A stretch of 64,000 bases of DNA from Clostridiales bacterium DTU072 (GTDB lineage Bacteria > Bacillota > Clostridia > Christensenellales > DTU072): the NCBI GenBank assembly GCA_001512685.1, contig LFSG01000044.1:10800-74799 (forward strand). The letters run 5' to 3'. Under the pieces are notes generated by a model. It was not told the origin of the DNA. It was given only the letters and a program-made list of their open reading frames with translations, and did no database searches. Every line of letters starts with the position of its first letter. Within the stretch, counting starts at the first letter, position 1. The position numbers were made by a program, and so were the translations under genes. Below are positions 9,281 to 19,170 of the stretch, piece after piece.

Positions 9281-10692
9281 CCTTTCAAAATGGGAAACCT
9301 TGCCGCCTTGACTTCGTCGGGTCTGCCTATGGGAGTGGTCAACGGCTTTTCGTGAAAGCTTTGCGGATTGTTTAAGGCTTCGTGGCACAGTTCGATTATT
9401 ATGTCCGCCGCATTGTCCAAAGTCTCCTTGCTTTCGGTTTCGGTGGGCTCAAACATAAGAGCTTCCTTGACTATGAGCGGAAAATACATGGTGGGCGGGT
9501 GCATGCCTTTGTCCTGCATGGCTTTTGCCAAATCCAGCGCCGACACTCCCGTCCGCTGCTTAAGCTCCTCGCAGCTTATGACAAACTCGTGCATGCAAAT
9601 GTCTTGAGAATGGCAGGGAAAATATTCTTTCAGCCTTGCCATCAAGTAATTGGCGTTTAGCGCGCTCATCTTGGCCGAATTCCTTATGCCGTCTTTGCCC
9701 AAAGTCTTTATATAAGCGAAAGCTTTGACCAATACCAAGAAATTGCCGTAAAAAGCCTTTACGCTGCCGATTGATTTGTGGGGCTTTGAAAAACGGTAAA
9801 CGCCGTTATCTTCTTCCACTGTCGGCCAAGGCAAAAACTCCGCCAAGAGCTTCTTGCACCCTACCGGCCCGCTGCCCGGCCCGCCGCCGCCGTGGGGCGC
9901 GGAAAAGGTTTTGTGCAGGTTGAGGTGCACCACGTCAAAGCCCATATCCCCCGGGCGGATTATGCCCATAATGGGGTTCAGGTTGGCGCCGTCGTAATAC
10001 AGCAGTCCCCCCGCCTTATGCACTATGTCGGCGATTTTTTTGATGTTTTTGTCGAAAATCCCCAAGGTGTTGGGGTTGGTAAGCATAAACGCCGCCGTAT
10101 CCTCTCCTACCGCCTTTTCCAAAGCTTCAAGGTCCGCCAAGCCGTCCGATGACGAAGGGATGTTGATTATCTCAAATCCCGCCATGGCCGCCGAAGCGGG
10201 GTTGGTGCCGTGCGCCGAATCGGGCGCTATCACTTTGTTGCGCTTATGGTCATTTCTGCTGTTATGGTAGGCTTTTATCATCAGCAGCGCGGTAAATTCG
10301 CCGTGCGCCCCCGCCGCGGGTTGCAAGGTGAACATGTCCATGCCCGTTATGGCGCATAAATCGCGGCTCAGTTCCCACATCAGTCTAAGCGCCCCCTGCG
10401 TTTGGTCCTGCAAGGGATGTATGTTGGTAAATCCCGATAACGCCGCCGCCGCTTCGTTGATTTTGGGGTTGTATTTCATGGTGCATGAGCCCAGCGGATA
10501 AAAGCCGTCGTCCACGCCGAAAGCTTTCTTTGAAAGCGCTGTATAGTGCCTTACCAGCGTCAGCTCGTCCACTTCGGGAAGCATGGCGTCGGCTTCCCTA
10601 AGGAATTTGGGGTCAAGCTTATATTCTTCCACATCTCGCTTTTGCAGAGGGCAGGCCGTTCTGCCCGATTTTGACAATTCAAATATAGTCAC
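9277..10692 (-). CDS. gcvPB: Glycine dehydrogenase (aminomethyl-transferring) subunit 2
   Basis: 471 aa. PLP-lysine region HLNLHKTFS. Overlaps gcvPA by 4 nt. Confidence 0.95.
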   Translation of the reverse strand: MTIFELSKSGRTACPLQKRDVEEYKLDPKFLREADAMLPEVDELTLVRHYTALSKKAFGVDDGFYPLGSCTMKYNPKINEAAAALSGFTNIHPLQDQTQGALRLMWELSRDLCAITGMDMFTLQPAAGAHGEFTALLMIKAYHNSRNDHKRNKVIAPDSAHGTNPASAAMAGFEIINIPSSSDGLADLEALEKAVGEDTAAFMLTNPNTLGIFDKNIKKIADIVHKAGGLLYYDGANLNPIMGIIRPGDMGFDVVHLNLHKTFSAPHGGGGPGSGPVGCKKLLAEFLPWPTVEEDNGVYRFSKPHKSIGSVKAFYGNFLVLVKAFAYIKTLGKDGIRNSAKMSALNANYLMARLKEYFPCHSQDICMHEFVISCEELKQRTGVSALDLAKAMQDKGMHPPTMYFPLIVKEALMFEPTETESKETLDNAADIIIELCHEALNNPQSFHEKPLTTPIGRPDEVKAARFPILKG

Positions 10693-12008
10693 ATTGCCTC
10701 CTTCAAAACCTCGATAAGCTTGTCCATATCCTCAACGCTGTTGGTTTCGGTAACGCACCACAATATTTCGTTTTCGCCAAGCTTCAGCCCCGCCAGTATA
10801 TCTTTTTCTCGGCACGCCGCAATTATTTTGTCGCTGCTTATTTTGCTTCTTATTACAAATTCGTTAAAGAATTCGCCGCCGTATTTCAATTCAAAGCCCT
10901 CAAGCGCCGTCATCTTCTTGGCAAGATAATGCGCTTTGCTCACGCATTGAGAAGCCACTTCCTTCATGCCCTTTTTGCCCATAGCCGCCATATATAATGT
11001 GGCCATAAGCGCGCAATGCGCTTGGTTGGAGCATATCGAAGAAGAGGCTTTTTCCCGCCTTATGTGCTGTTCCCTGGCCTGCAGCGTCAATACATAGGCT
11101 TCTTTTCCCTTGCTATCCGTGGTTTTTCCCACAATCCTGCCCACCATTTTGCGCATGTATTTCTGCTTGGCGGCGATAAAACCAAGATACGGCCCTCCAA
11201 ACGACAAAGGCATGCCCAGCGGCTGCCCTTCGCCTGTCGCCACATCGGCGCCGCATTCGTCGGGGGTTTTTAATAAAGCCAAGCTTATGGGGTTGCAGCT
11301 CATAATGTAATTCGCTCCCCTTTGCTTGACAATCTCTCCCACGGCTTGGGCGTCTTCTATTACGCCGTAAAAATTAGGCTGGGCCAAAGCGACCGCGAAG
11401 GTGTTTTGGTCCAATTTGCGCTTAAGCTCCTCAATGGACGTTTTGCCGCTGCCGTCCAATCCCACATATTCTATTTCCACATTCTGCGCCCGCAAATAAG
11501 TCTTGACTACTTCAAGGTATTTGGGGTTTATGCCCTCGCTGAACAGTACTTTGTTTTTGCCTTTTTCTGCAAGCATGAGCAGGCCTTCGGCAAGCGCCGT
11601 CGCGCCGTCGTATACCGAAGCGTTGGACAAGTCCATGCCGCAAAGGTTGCATATCATGGTTTGATATTCAAAAATGGTCTGTAAAATCCCTTGGGAAATT
11701 TCGGGCTGATAGGGGGTGTACGCCGTCAAAAACTCTTCCCTGCCCGCAAGATTCCTGACTACCGCGGGGATATAATGGTTATACGCGCCCGCCCCCAAAA
11801 AAATTGAAGAATATACCTTGTTCTGTTTGGACAGCTTATCGATATACCTTTCGCATCCTTGCTGGCCCATGCCCTCGGCTAAGTCTATGTCCTCGGCTTT
11901 AAGCTCTTCCAGCCCAGCGTAAAGGGAATCCACGGAATCTATGCCTATGACCGAAAGCATTTGCTTTATGTCGCTTTCGGTATGCGGATAGTATTTTGCC
12001 ATTCCCAC
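10689..12008 (-). CDS. gcvPA: Glycine dehydrogenase (aminomethyl-transferring) subunit 1
   Basis: 439 aa. Typical P-protein alpha-subunit sequence. Sits between gcvH and gcvPB. Confidence 0.95.
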   Translation of the reverse strand: MGMAKYYPHTESDIKQMLSVIGIDSVDSLYAGLEELKAEDIDLAEGMGQQGCERYIDKLSKQNKVYSSIFLGAGAYNHYIPAVVRNLAGREEFLTAYTPYQPEISQGILQTIFEYQTMICNLCGMDLSNASVYDGATALAEGLLMLAEKGKNKVLFSEGINPKYLEVVKTYLRAQNVEIEYVGLDGSGKTSIEELKRKLDQNTFAVALAQPNFYGVIEDAQAVGEIVKQRGANYIMSCNPISLALLKTPDECGADVATGEGQPLGMPLSFGGPYLGFIAAKQKYMRKMVGRIVGKTTDSKGKEAYVLTLQAREQHIRREKASSSICSNQAHCALMATLYMAAMGKKGMKEVASQCVSKAHYLAKKMTALEGFELKYGGEFFNEFVIRSKISSDKIIAACREKDILAGLKLGENEILWCVTETNSVEDMDKLIEVLKEAM

Positions 12009-12011
12009 CTC

Positions 12012-12368
12012 TTATTTCAGCGTGGCGGCGTATTGCTCGTATGTCAAAAGGTCTTCCGTGCCCTGCGCCTCTTTTACCCTTATCAGCCAGCCGCCGTTGT
12101 AAGCGTCTTCGTTAATCAAAGCGGGATTGTCAAGTATTTCCTCGTTGATTTCGGCCACTATGCCGCTTACGGGGGAATAAATCTCGCTCACCGCCTTTAC
12201 CGATTCCACATTGGCAAAGGCCTCCCCTTTTTCAAGGGTGTCCCCTACCTCGGGCAATTCCACGAACACGATGTCGCCCAATTCCTTTTGGGCATAGTCG
12301 GATATGCCCACTTTGCCGCTGTCGTTGTCGTACCATTCATGCGAAGGTAAAAAGAATAAATTTTGCAT
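12012..12368 (-). CDS. gcvH: Glycine cleavage system H protein
   Basis: 118 aa. Lipoyl-lysine motif ESVKAVSEIYSP. Confidence 0.95.
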   Translation of the reverse strand: MQNLFFLPSHEWYDNDSGKVGISDYAQKELGDIVFVELPEVGDTLEKGEAFANVESVKAVSEIYSPVSGIVAEINEEILDNPALINEDAYNGGWLIRVKEAQGTEDLLTYEQYAATLK

Positions 12369-12378
12369 TTTCTTCTCC

Positions 12379-13464
12379 TTAATAATTTCTTTTATAAAAA
12401 GGCAGACCGCATACTTCCGCCCTTAATTTCTTGTTCCTTACTTCCACAAAAAGCTCTTTGCCCTCAAATTCTTTCTTTACTCTTATCATGGCTATAGGGT
12501 ATCCCAAAGTGGGGCTATGGGTACCCGAAGTTACATAACCGATTTGTTCGCCGCCGCCATCGTAAACCAAAGCTCCTTGACGGGCGATGCCTCTGTCCGT
12601 AAGTTTTATGCCCAGCCTTTTGTACGCGGGCTTTGTTTTTTCCAGCGCCGCTTTGCCTATAAAATCGTCTTTGTCCATTTTGATAAAGAAATCCAGCCCT
12701 ATTTCCCAAGCCGATGTTTGTTCGTCCATTTCGTGTCCGTACAGCGGCATGCCCGCTTCCAATCTCAAAGTGTCCCTTGCCCCTAAGCCGCAAAGCGCCA
12801 TGCCGTAAGGCAGGCCTTTTTGTTTCAATAAATCGTACACCTTTTCGGCGATGTCATAGCCGCAGTAAATCTCAAAGCCATCTTCGCCGGTATATCCCGT
12901 TCGGGATAAAATAATCTTCTGCCCCAAAAGCTCGCTTGCGGTAAATGTATAGCTTTTGGGCGGAATATCTTGGGCGGGGATAAACTCTTTTATTATGTCA
13001 ATCGCTTTTCTGCCCTGCAAGGCAAGCAGCGCCGTTTGGTCGCTTATATCCTCAAAAGAAGCGCCGCCCGTCAGCCTTGAGCTTATCCATGAGGCGTCCT
13101 TTTCTCGATTGGCGGCGTTGACGACCAGCATATATTTTTGTTCGTTAAAGCGGTATACCAGAATGTCGTCCACCACGCCCCCTTTTTCGTTGAGCATAAG
13201 CGTGTATTTAGCCTGCCCGTTCTTCATGTTGGAAATGTCGTTTGTGATAAGCCGCTGTATGGTTAGCCGCGCGCTTTCGCCGCTTATTATAAATTCTCCC
13301 ATATGGGACACATCAAAAAGCCCCACGCTTTCCCTTACCGCTTTGTGCTCGGCGATTATGCCGTTTGAAAATTGCATGGGGAGCATATAGCCGGCAAATT
13401 CCGCCATCTTGGCGCCGTCGGCCTTCATTTTTTCAAAAAAAGGGGTGTGTTTCATTAAATTCAC
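12379..13464 (-). CDS. gcvT: Aminomethyltransferase (glycine cleavage T protein)
   Basis: 361 aa. GcvT-family sequence (FDVSHMGEF, GYTGEDGFEI). Confidence 0.95.
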   Translation of the reverse strand: MNLMKHTPFFEKMKADGAKMAEFAGYMLPMQFSNGIIAEHKAVRESVGLFDVSHMGEFIISGESARLTIQRLITNDISNMKNGQAKYTLMLNEKGGVVDDILVYRFNEQKYMLVVNAANREKDASWISSRLTGGASFEDISDQTALLALQGRKAIDIIKEFIPAQDIPPKSYTFTASELLGQKIILSRTGYTGEDGFEIYCGYDIAEKVYDLLKQKGLPYGMALCGLGARDTLRLEAGMPLYGHEMDEQTSAWEIGLDFFIKMDKDDFIGKAALEKTKPAYKRLGIKLTDRGIARQGALVYDGGGEQIGYVTSGTHSPTLGYPIAMIRVKKEFEGKELFVEVRNKKLRAEVCGLPFYKRNY

Positions 13465-13551
13465 CTCAAATAAATTTACAGCACTATAATAATACTATGA
13501 TAAAACAAAGTCAACCAATACGCCTTAAATCTTGATTTTTGGGAAATCTCC

Positions 13552-14898
13552 TTATCTTTTGTATATGGTATGCGTGGATTGGCCCATGCTGTCTTCCACC
13601 GCTTCATAAAAGGCTTCGCTCACCGTGGGGTGCGGGTATACCGAATTCAATATGTCTTCCCTTGTCGCCCCCATGTTTATGAGGTTTGCCACAAAGCCGA
13701 TAAGCTCGCAGGCGTTGTTGCATACCGCTTGCGCCCCCACCAGCCTTTGGTCCTCTTTGCGGAATATGACTTTGACAAATCCGCTTCCCCCGTCCTCGGC
13801 AAGCGTTTTGCCGTTTGCTCCCGTGTTGAATCTCCCTACCTCGATTTCAAAACCGCAATCCTCTTCCTTAAGTCCCGCCATGGCGGCGTTGGGGGAAGTG
13901 TATACGCAAAAAGGAACGTTTTCTATCTTGCGCGGCTTTTGGCCTGTGGCAAGCCAAGCTATCAATCGGGCGGCTTGCGCCGCCGCGTAATGCGCCAGCT
14001 GTATGTTCCCTTTTACGCAGTCGCCCGCCGCGTATATGTTTTTGGCCGTCGTTTGGCCGTTTTCGTCCACGATAAAACCCTTGTCGAATTTAACGCCCGC
14101 TTCTTCCGCCCCTTCAATACCCGTCGGCGTCCTTCCCGCGCAGCTTATGACCAAATCGCTTTCAAGGTATTTGTCCGTTTGCTTTTCAACATATTCCACA
14201 ACGCAAGCGCCGCCTTCCTTTCTTATGGCTTTGACGGTTGAGCTTAAAATGAATTTGACGCCTTTTTTCTTCAAGTTAAGCATGGCGTATTTGGCTATAT
14301 CTTTGCTCATATTGCTCAATACGGTATCCAAAACATCGATTATGGTTACCCTTGAGCCCATTTCCGCGAAGAAAGTGGCAAATTCCATTCCTATCACGCC
14401 GCCCCCGATTATGGCTACGGAATCAAATTTGTCATAATTGCGGCTGAGTATGTCGTCAGAGGTTTTGGCGTGTTCTATTCCCATTATGGGCAGGGTTATC
14501 GGCTTTGCTCCCGTACACAACAATATTTTATCGCCTTTTATGACCGCGCCGTCTTCCAACCGCGCGCTTACGCCGCTTAATAAACGGGCTTTTGAGTTGT
14601 GGTATTGTATGCCGCCGCCCTTAATCAGCGCCTCCACTCCTTTATTAAGCCGAGACACTATGTCGAAGCTTCTTTTATGGACGGCATCCATGTCCGCTTG
14701 CGGGCATGCGCCCCAATCCGCCGCTTGACCAAAAACACTTGAGGAATGGAGCAGCGCTTTTGTGGGTATGCAGCCGCTGTTAAGGCATGTCCCCCCCAAA
14801 GCTTTCTTTTCGATTAACACCGTTTCCATGCCGCTTCTTGCCGCCTTAATCGCCGCCGTATAGCCCGCCGGGCCTCCCCCTATAATGATTATTTTCAT
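13552..14898 (-). CDS. lpdA: Dihydrolipoyl dehydrogenase (L protein)
   Basis: 448 aa. GGGPAGY FAD fold; redox-active disulfide GGTCLNSGCIPTK; C-terminal HPT..E dimerisation motif. Confidence 0.9.
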   Translation of the reverse strand: MKIIIIGGGPAGYTAAIKAARSGMETVLIEKKALGGTCLNSGCIPTKALLHSSSVFGQAADWGACPQADMDAVHKRSFDIVSRLNKGVEALIKGGGIQYHNSKARLLSGVSARLEDGAVIKGDKILLCTGAKPITLPIMGIEHAKTSDDILSRNYDKFDSVAIIGGGVIGMEFATFFAEMGSRVTIIDVLDTVLSNMSKDIAKYAMLNLKKKGVKFILSSTVKAIRKEGGACVVEYVEKQTDKYLESDLVISCAGRTPTGIEGAEEAGVKFDKGFIVDENGQTTAKNIYAAGDCVKGNIQLAHYAAAQAARLIAWLATGQKPRKIENVPFCVYTSPNAAMAGLKEEDCGFEIEVGRFNTGANGKTLAEDGGSGFVKVIFRKEDQRLVGAQAVCNNACELIGFVANLINMGATREDILNSVYPHPTVSEAFYEAVEDSMGQSTHTIYKR

Positions 14899-15851
14899 AT
14901 TTGTTCCTCCGCCAGCATTTTGTTGATGTCTTCAATTATCGTCAAGCGTTCCGAGCCAAAGTCCTTTCTCGGAAGTATGCTTTTCGCGCCGCCCCGCAGC
15001 CGCTCTTTTATGTAGTCGATAACTTCGGTGTCAAGGCAGTCGGAATACAGCGTCAGCTTTCCTTTTTCCCTTGCTATCATGAGCTCGCCATAGTCCTTTC
15101 TTTGCCGTTTTATTATTTCGGGATAATCGCCCAAAATAAAGCGCTTGTCCGCATAAAATCGCGCAAGGGCGTTGATTTTTTCTTGCAATTTTGAAATATC
15201 TATAGGCAAGGCCTTGCCGCCGTATTCAAGCTCAAAAGCTTGCTTCAGCGCCATTTTTATCTTGTCCACGCTGATGTCGCCATTGACGCTTTTAAGGTTA
15301 ATTACCCTCGCTTTTACCGAAGACACGCCTTTGCTTATTAATTTTGAACTGTCCACGCTCAAATACTTTTGCAATTTGTCCATGTCCACGTCCACCATAA
15401 TTGTGCCGTGGTGTACGCAATAATCCTTACCGCGGAAAAAGGCGTTGCCCGAAAATTTTTTGCCTTGCCAAGTAATGTCGTTCCTGCCGCTTATCTCACA
15501 ATCCACCCCCAAACTTTCCATGGCTCGGCAAATTATGCGTCTGTTCCTTTCAATGTCGTAATCGTGGGGAATGTTTATGAAGGTGAAATTGAGGTTGTTT
15601 TTGTCGTGAAAAACAGCCCCGCCGCCTGTCTTTCGACGGGCGAGGCTTATATTGTCGGCCTGCATGGCTTTATAATCGCATTCGGCATAGGCGTTCTGGT
15701 GCTTGCCTATGACCACCGTGTCATGGTTCTGCCACAAATAAAGCGCGACGGCTTTGTCTTCCGCCGTCTTTTGCGCAAGCGCTTCCTCAAGCGCAAGGTT
15801 TTGATAGGGATTAAAGCCGACGCTTGTATGACAGTATATTTTTACCGCCAT
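14895..15851 (-). CDS. lplA: Lipoate-protein ligase A
   Basis: 318 aa. RRKTGGGAVFHD lipoyl-AMP binding motif. 4-nt overlap with lpdA. Confidence 0.9.
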   Translation of the reverse strand: MAVKIYCHTSVGFNPYQNLALEEALAQKTAEDKAVALYLWQNHDTVVIGKHQNAYAECDYKAMQADNISLARRKTGGGAVFHDKNNLNFTFINIPHDYDIERNRRIICRAMESLGVDCEISGRNDITWQGKKFSGNAFFRGKDYCVHHGTIMVDVDMDKLQKYLSVDSSKLISKGVSSVKARVINLKSVNGDISVDKIKMALKQAFELEYGGKALPIDISKLQEKINALARFYADKRFILGDYPEIIKRQRKDYGELMIAREKGKLTLYSDCLDTEVIDYIKERLRGGAKSILPRKDFGSERLTIIEDINKMLAEEQI

Positions 15852-15854
15852 ATG

Positions 15855-16544
15855 TTATATGAAGAACAAGAATGTGGCTATACAAATCTGCGCCGCGTAA
15901 TACAGCGTATGGTTGATTACGCAAAGCACCTTATCGTCCTGCTTGCCCGCGAAAAACATGGGGCTGAGCACCAAGTCGGACAGCAAGAACAGCACCATGC
16001 CTACGGCCATTAAGATGTACCTTGTGTCGTATATCGACAAAGCTATCGTATATATGGACATAAAAGTCAGGATAACGGTATATGTTATGGCATGGGCAAG
16101 GAATTTGCCGAAATTCATTTTCATCAGCCTTGAGGAGAAAAGTATCCCCACGCTTATGGGAATGGTTATGGCCAAACAAGAAAGGAAAATGGCGGCGTCA
16201 AATCCCGCCAGCAGCAATAAAGCGATAAAGTAAACGATATGTCCTATGGCGAAGCTTATCATGCCCGCGTTGAGATAGATGTCGCTTGATTCCCTGTATA
16301 CTACCTTGAGGTCCAATACTATATCGCCCACAAGTCCCAATACCAAACCTAAAAGTACGATTATGACGCCCTTATCTATGTTCGGGTAAAGCGAAACCGC
16401 CCCCGCAACTCCAAGCGCGATAAAAAACAACGACGCCAACGTCTTGGCAAGCATACCGTAAATGCCGCCCTTAAGCACTCTTACCACCATAAAGAATATC
16501 GCCGCCGCGCTTGCGAGCGCAATCATCGTTATCATAGTTGCCAT
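15855..16544 (-). CDS. YhhN-family (lysoplasmalogenase-like) integral membrane protein
   Basis: 229 aa, multi-pass. YhhN signature blocks GLVLGLVGDIVLDL, FAIGHIVYF, LFLLSDLVLS and YYAAQICI. Confidence 0.75.
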   Translation of the reverse strand: MATMITMIALASAAAIFFMVVRVLKGGIYGMLAKTLASLFFIALGVAGAVSLYPNIDKGVIIVLLGLVLGLVGDIVLDLKVVYRESSDIYLNAGMISFAIGHIVYFIALLLLAGFDAAIFLSCLAITIPISVGILFSSRLMKMNFGKFLAHAITYTVILTFMSIYTIALSIYDTRYILMAVGMVLFLLSDLVLSPMFFAGKQDDKVLCVINHTLYYAAQICIATFLFFI

Positions 16545-16580
16545 AAAAAAACCTCCACAATTTTATCTTTGATTTATTTA

Positions 16581-16609
16581 TATTCTACTATCTTTTTGCC
16601 GTAAAGTAA
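16581..16609 (-). promoter_or_regulatory. Candidate sigma-A promoter for the yhhN-lplA-lpdA-gcvTHP operon
   Basis: The minus strand reads TTTACT-17 nt-TAGAAT, about 35 nt upstream of the yhhN RBS (GGAGG). Confidence 0.35.
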
Positions 16610-16623
16610 ACTATCATTTGATT

Positions 16624-17526
16624 TTATTTGATTTTACTCAAAAACCGTCTTACGGCTTGCGTAAAATGCAGGGGTTGTTCGCAATACGCCTTGGCGTGTT
16701 CGCCCTTGTCAAAAATTATATATTCGGCCTTGTCGCAGTTGTCGATGAGCTTGCGCGCGTGGCTGATATCGATAAGCTTGTCTTGGCGGGAGTGGATTAT
16801 TAAAGCGGGCGCCTTTACCCTTCTTATCTTTGAGGCTATGTTCAATTGCCATACCTTTATGCCGAAGCACAGCAAGGACACTATGATAAACGCGGGGATA
16901 AAAAATCCTATTATGGGCGGGTAAGGATTGCCTAAATGTCTTTTTATGATGTCGGTTACCGAAGAAAAAGAGCAATACGAAATAACGCCTTTTACCCTGT
17001 GGTCGGCTTCAGCTGCCAAAATCGCCGCCGCCCCGCCCATGGATTCGCCGAAAAGAATTATTTCCGCGTTTTTGTTCAATCGCTTTATGGCGGTAATCCA
17101 GCTTATTATGTCGTACTTTTCGTAAAATCCCAAGCTGAAGAAAGACTTTCCGCTTTGCCCCGAATTCCTTTGGTCGGGCAAAAGCACATTGTATCCCGCT
17201 TCTGAGAAAATCTTCAAATATTTAAGCTGTCCTATGGAAGAAGAGCTTTTGCCGTGTATGCCGATTATGTACTTGTCGGTGGAAGTGTCGCTTTGGTACA
17301 GCCTGGCGAAAAGTTTGTAGCCGAACCTTGAATTTATATAAAGCTCCTTGCAAGGTATGTCCAAAAGCTTGATATCCAAATTCTTTTCCTTTACCTCAAA
17401 TTCCACCACTTGGTCGTTGTCGGTTTTTCCTTGAAAGTAAAAAACAACGGCAAGCGCCAACCCTCCCGCCAAATAAAGCAAAAGCAAAAAACCCGTTATA
17501 ATCAACGCTATATACAAAAAAAGCAT
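16624..17526 (-). CDS. Membrane-anchored alpha/beta hydrolase (lysophospholipase / S33-like)
   Basis: 300 aa. N-terminal TM helix; HGKSSS oxyanion region; nucleophile elbow GESMGG; C-terminal D..H. Confidence 0.75.
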   Translation of the reverse strand: MLFLYIALIITGFLLLLYLAGGLALAVVFYFQGKTDNDQVVEFEVKEKNLDIKLLDIPCKELYINSRFGYKLFARLYQSDTSTDKYIIGIHGKSSSSIGQLKYLKIFSEAGYNVLLPDQRNSGQSGKSFFSLGFYEKYDIISWITAIKRLNKNAEIILFGESMGGAAAILAAEADHRVKGVISYCSFSSVTDIIKRHLGNPYPPIIGFFIPAFIIVSLLCFGIKVWQLNIASKIRRVKAPALIIHSRQDKLIDISHARKLIDNCDKAEYIIFDKGEHAKAYCEQPLHFTQAVRRFLSKIK

Positions 17527-17568
17527 AATCCACCCGCCTTGCGGTTCATTTTTTTATACTTAACGCCT

Positions 17569-19167
17569 TTATGGGCTGTTTTCCTCTTCTTCGTATTTAA
17601 GGTAATCCATTTTGCCCAAACTTGTCAAATAAAGCTTTTTTGCCGTTTCTATGCGCTGGGGAACGGCGTATTTGATAAATTCTTGGGCAATGCGGCTTTT
17701 TATGCGCTGTTCTATCAGCGCCGAATATTTGTAATCCTTGTTCATTTTCACTATCAGCTTGGTGCAGGGCTTATTGTCAATATATGTCCTTACCACGCAG
17801 GCCGCGTCAATCTCTTTCATGGAACATACAAGCTCTTCTATCTCCGAAGGGTAAATATTGACTCCCGCAATCTTGATTACTCTTTTTATCCTGCTCTTGA
17901 AGGTATAAAAACCTTCTTCGTCCAAACTGCCCAAATCCCCCGTTCTCAGCCATTTTTCGTTGTTTTCGTCAATGTAGTAGCATTCTTCGTCAGAGTCAAG
18001 GTAGCCGTTCATCATGGATTGGCTTTGTATCAGCGTTTCGCCCACTTCCCCCGCTTTGCATTCTTTGCCGTTGTCGTCTATTATTTTAATTTTCACCCCG
18101 AACATGGGCTTGCCGTGGGTGCCCGCCTTGGATATGCCGGTAACGTTTACGGTGGCCACCGAAGTTACTTCGCTTAAGCCGTAGCCTTCAAAAATCTCGG
18201 CCGTGGAATTGTTTTTCTTTAAGATTTCGTCAAACCTCTTTTTGATGTTGGGATTGAGCTTGTCCGCGCCGCAAAATATCAGTTTGAGGCTGCTTATGCC
18301 CTCGCTGTCAAAACTCTTTTCGCAAAGCATTTTCTCAAACATGGCGGGTATGCCCGCAAGGTAGTTTATGCCGTGCTTCTTTATCAGCTTTATGGCCTGC
18401 TTGGCGTTGAATTTGGGCATCATCACCAATTTGAAGATGGTCAAAGCCAAATGCACGCATACCCCCAATCCAAAGCCATGGAACAAAGGCAACACCATAA
18501 GCATGCTGTCGTCTTGGCTGTATCTGTAATGCTGGGAGGTATATCTTAATAAATTATAAGCGAAGGCATTGAGCGCGTAGCTGGACAGCCTTACCGTTTT
18601 GGGCTTACCCGTAGTGCCGCCGCTGTGCAAATATACGGCGTCGTCAAAGGGGTTGACCTCTCTGTCAATTTCTCCCTTTTGCTTGACGGTATCGTCAAAC
18701 GGTATGACTTTTTGTTTAATCTTGGGGCAGAATATTTCCGCCATTATTTTTTTGCCGCGTTTAAGAAAGCTGCTCAGCGAACAGCAAATTACGTTTATGT
18801 CTTGGCTCTCAAGCGCGCTTGCGTATTCCGCGTATGTTCTGTCGAACATGAAGATTGTTTTGGTGGCGGTTTTTTTCAATATCTTAATCAAGCCGCCCGA
18901 GCTGATTTTGGGATGTATGATGTTGGCGACGGCGGCTATTTTGTTTATGGCGTAAAGCGATATCGCCGCCTGCGGAATGTTGGGAAGGCAAATCCCCACC
19001 GATTCGCCTTTTTTTACGCCCAAATTTACCAAATAAAAGGCCAAAGAATCAATGATTTCCAAAAGTTCTTGGCCTTTCATTCCGTAATTGTAGAAAATAA
19101 GTTTTTCTTTGGTTTTATCTTGTATGGAATTTTTGAGATATCCATACATAGATATTTCACAATTCAT
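17569..19167 (-). CDS. AMP-dependent synthetase/ligase (long-chain fatty acid-CoA ligase-like)
   Basis: 532 aa. AMP-binding motifs LHSGGTTGKPK, EGYGLSE and TGDLGSLDEEGF. Confidence 0.85.
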   Translation of the reverse strand: MNCEISMYGYLKNSIQDKTKEKLIFYNYGMKGQELLEIIDSLAFYLVNLGVKKGESVGICLPNIPQAAISLYAINKIAAVANIIHPKISSGGLIKILKKTATKTIFMFDRTYAEYASALESQDINVICCSLSSFLKRGKKIMAEIFCPKIKQKVIPFDDTVKQKGEIDREVNPFDDAVYLHSGGTTGKPKTVRLSSYALNAFAYNLLRYTSQHYRYSQDDSMLMVLPLFHGFGLGVCVHLALTIFKLVMMPKFNAKQAIKLIKKHGINYLAGIPAMFEKMLCEKSFDSEGISSLKLIFCGADKLNPNIKKRFDEILKKNNSTAEIFEGYGLSEVTSVATVNVTGISKAGTHGKPMFGVKIKIIDDNGKECKAGEVGETLIQSQSMMNGYLDSDEECYYIDENNEKWLRTGDLGSLDEEGFYTFKSRIKRVIKIAGVNIYPSEIEELVCSMKEIDAACVVRTYIDNKPCTKLIVKMNKDYKYSALIEQRIKSRIAQEFIKYAVPQRIETAKKLYLTSLGKMDYLKYEEEENSP

Positions 19168-19170
19168 AAA

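Noticed and set aside
13465-13551. Expected glycine riboswitch upstream of gcvT. I also checked 16545..16623 upstream of yhhN.
   Set aside because: Both spacers are too short and AT-rich, and they lack the conserved GGAGAG...CACCG / ACCGAAGGGGCAA-type cores. A covariance-model scan would be needed to be certain.
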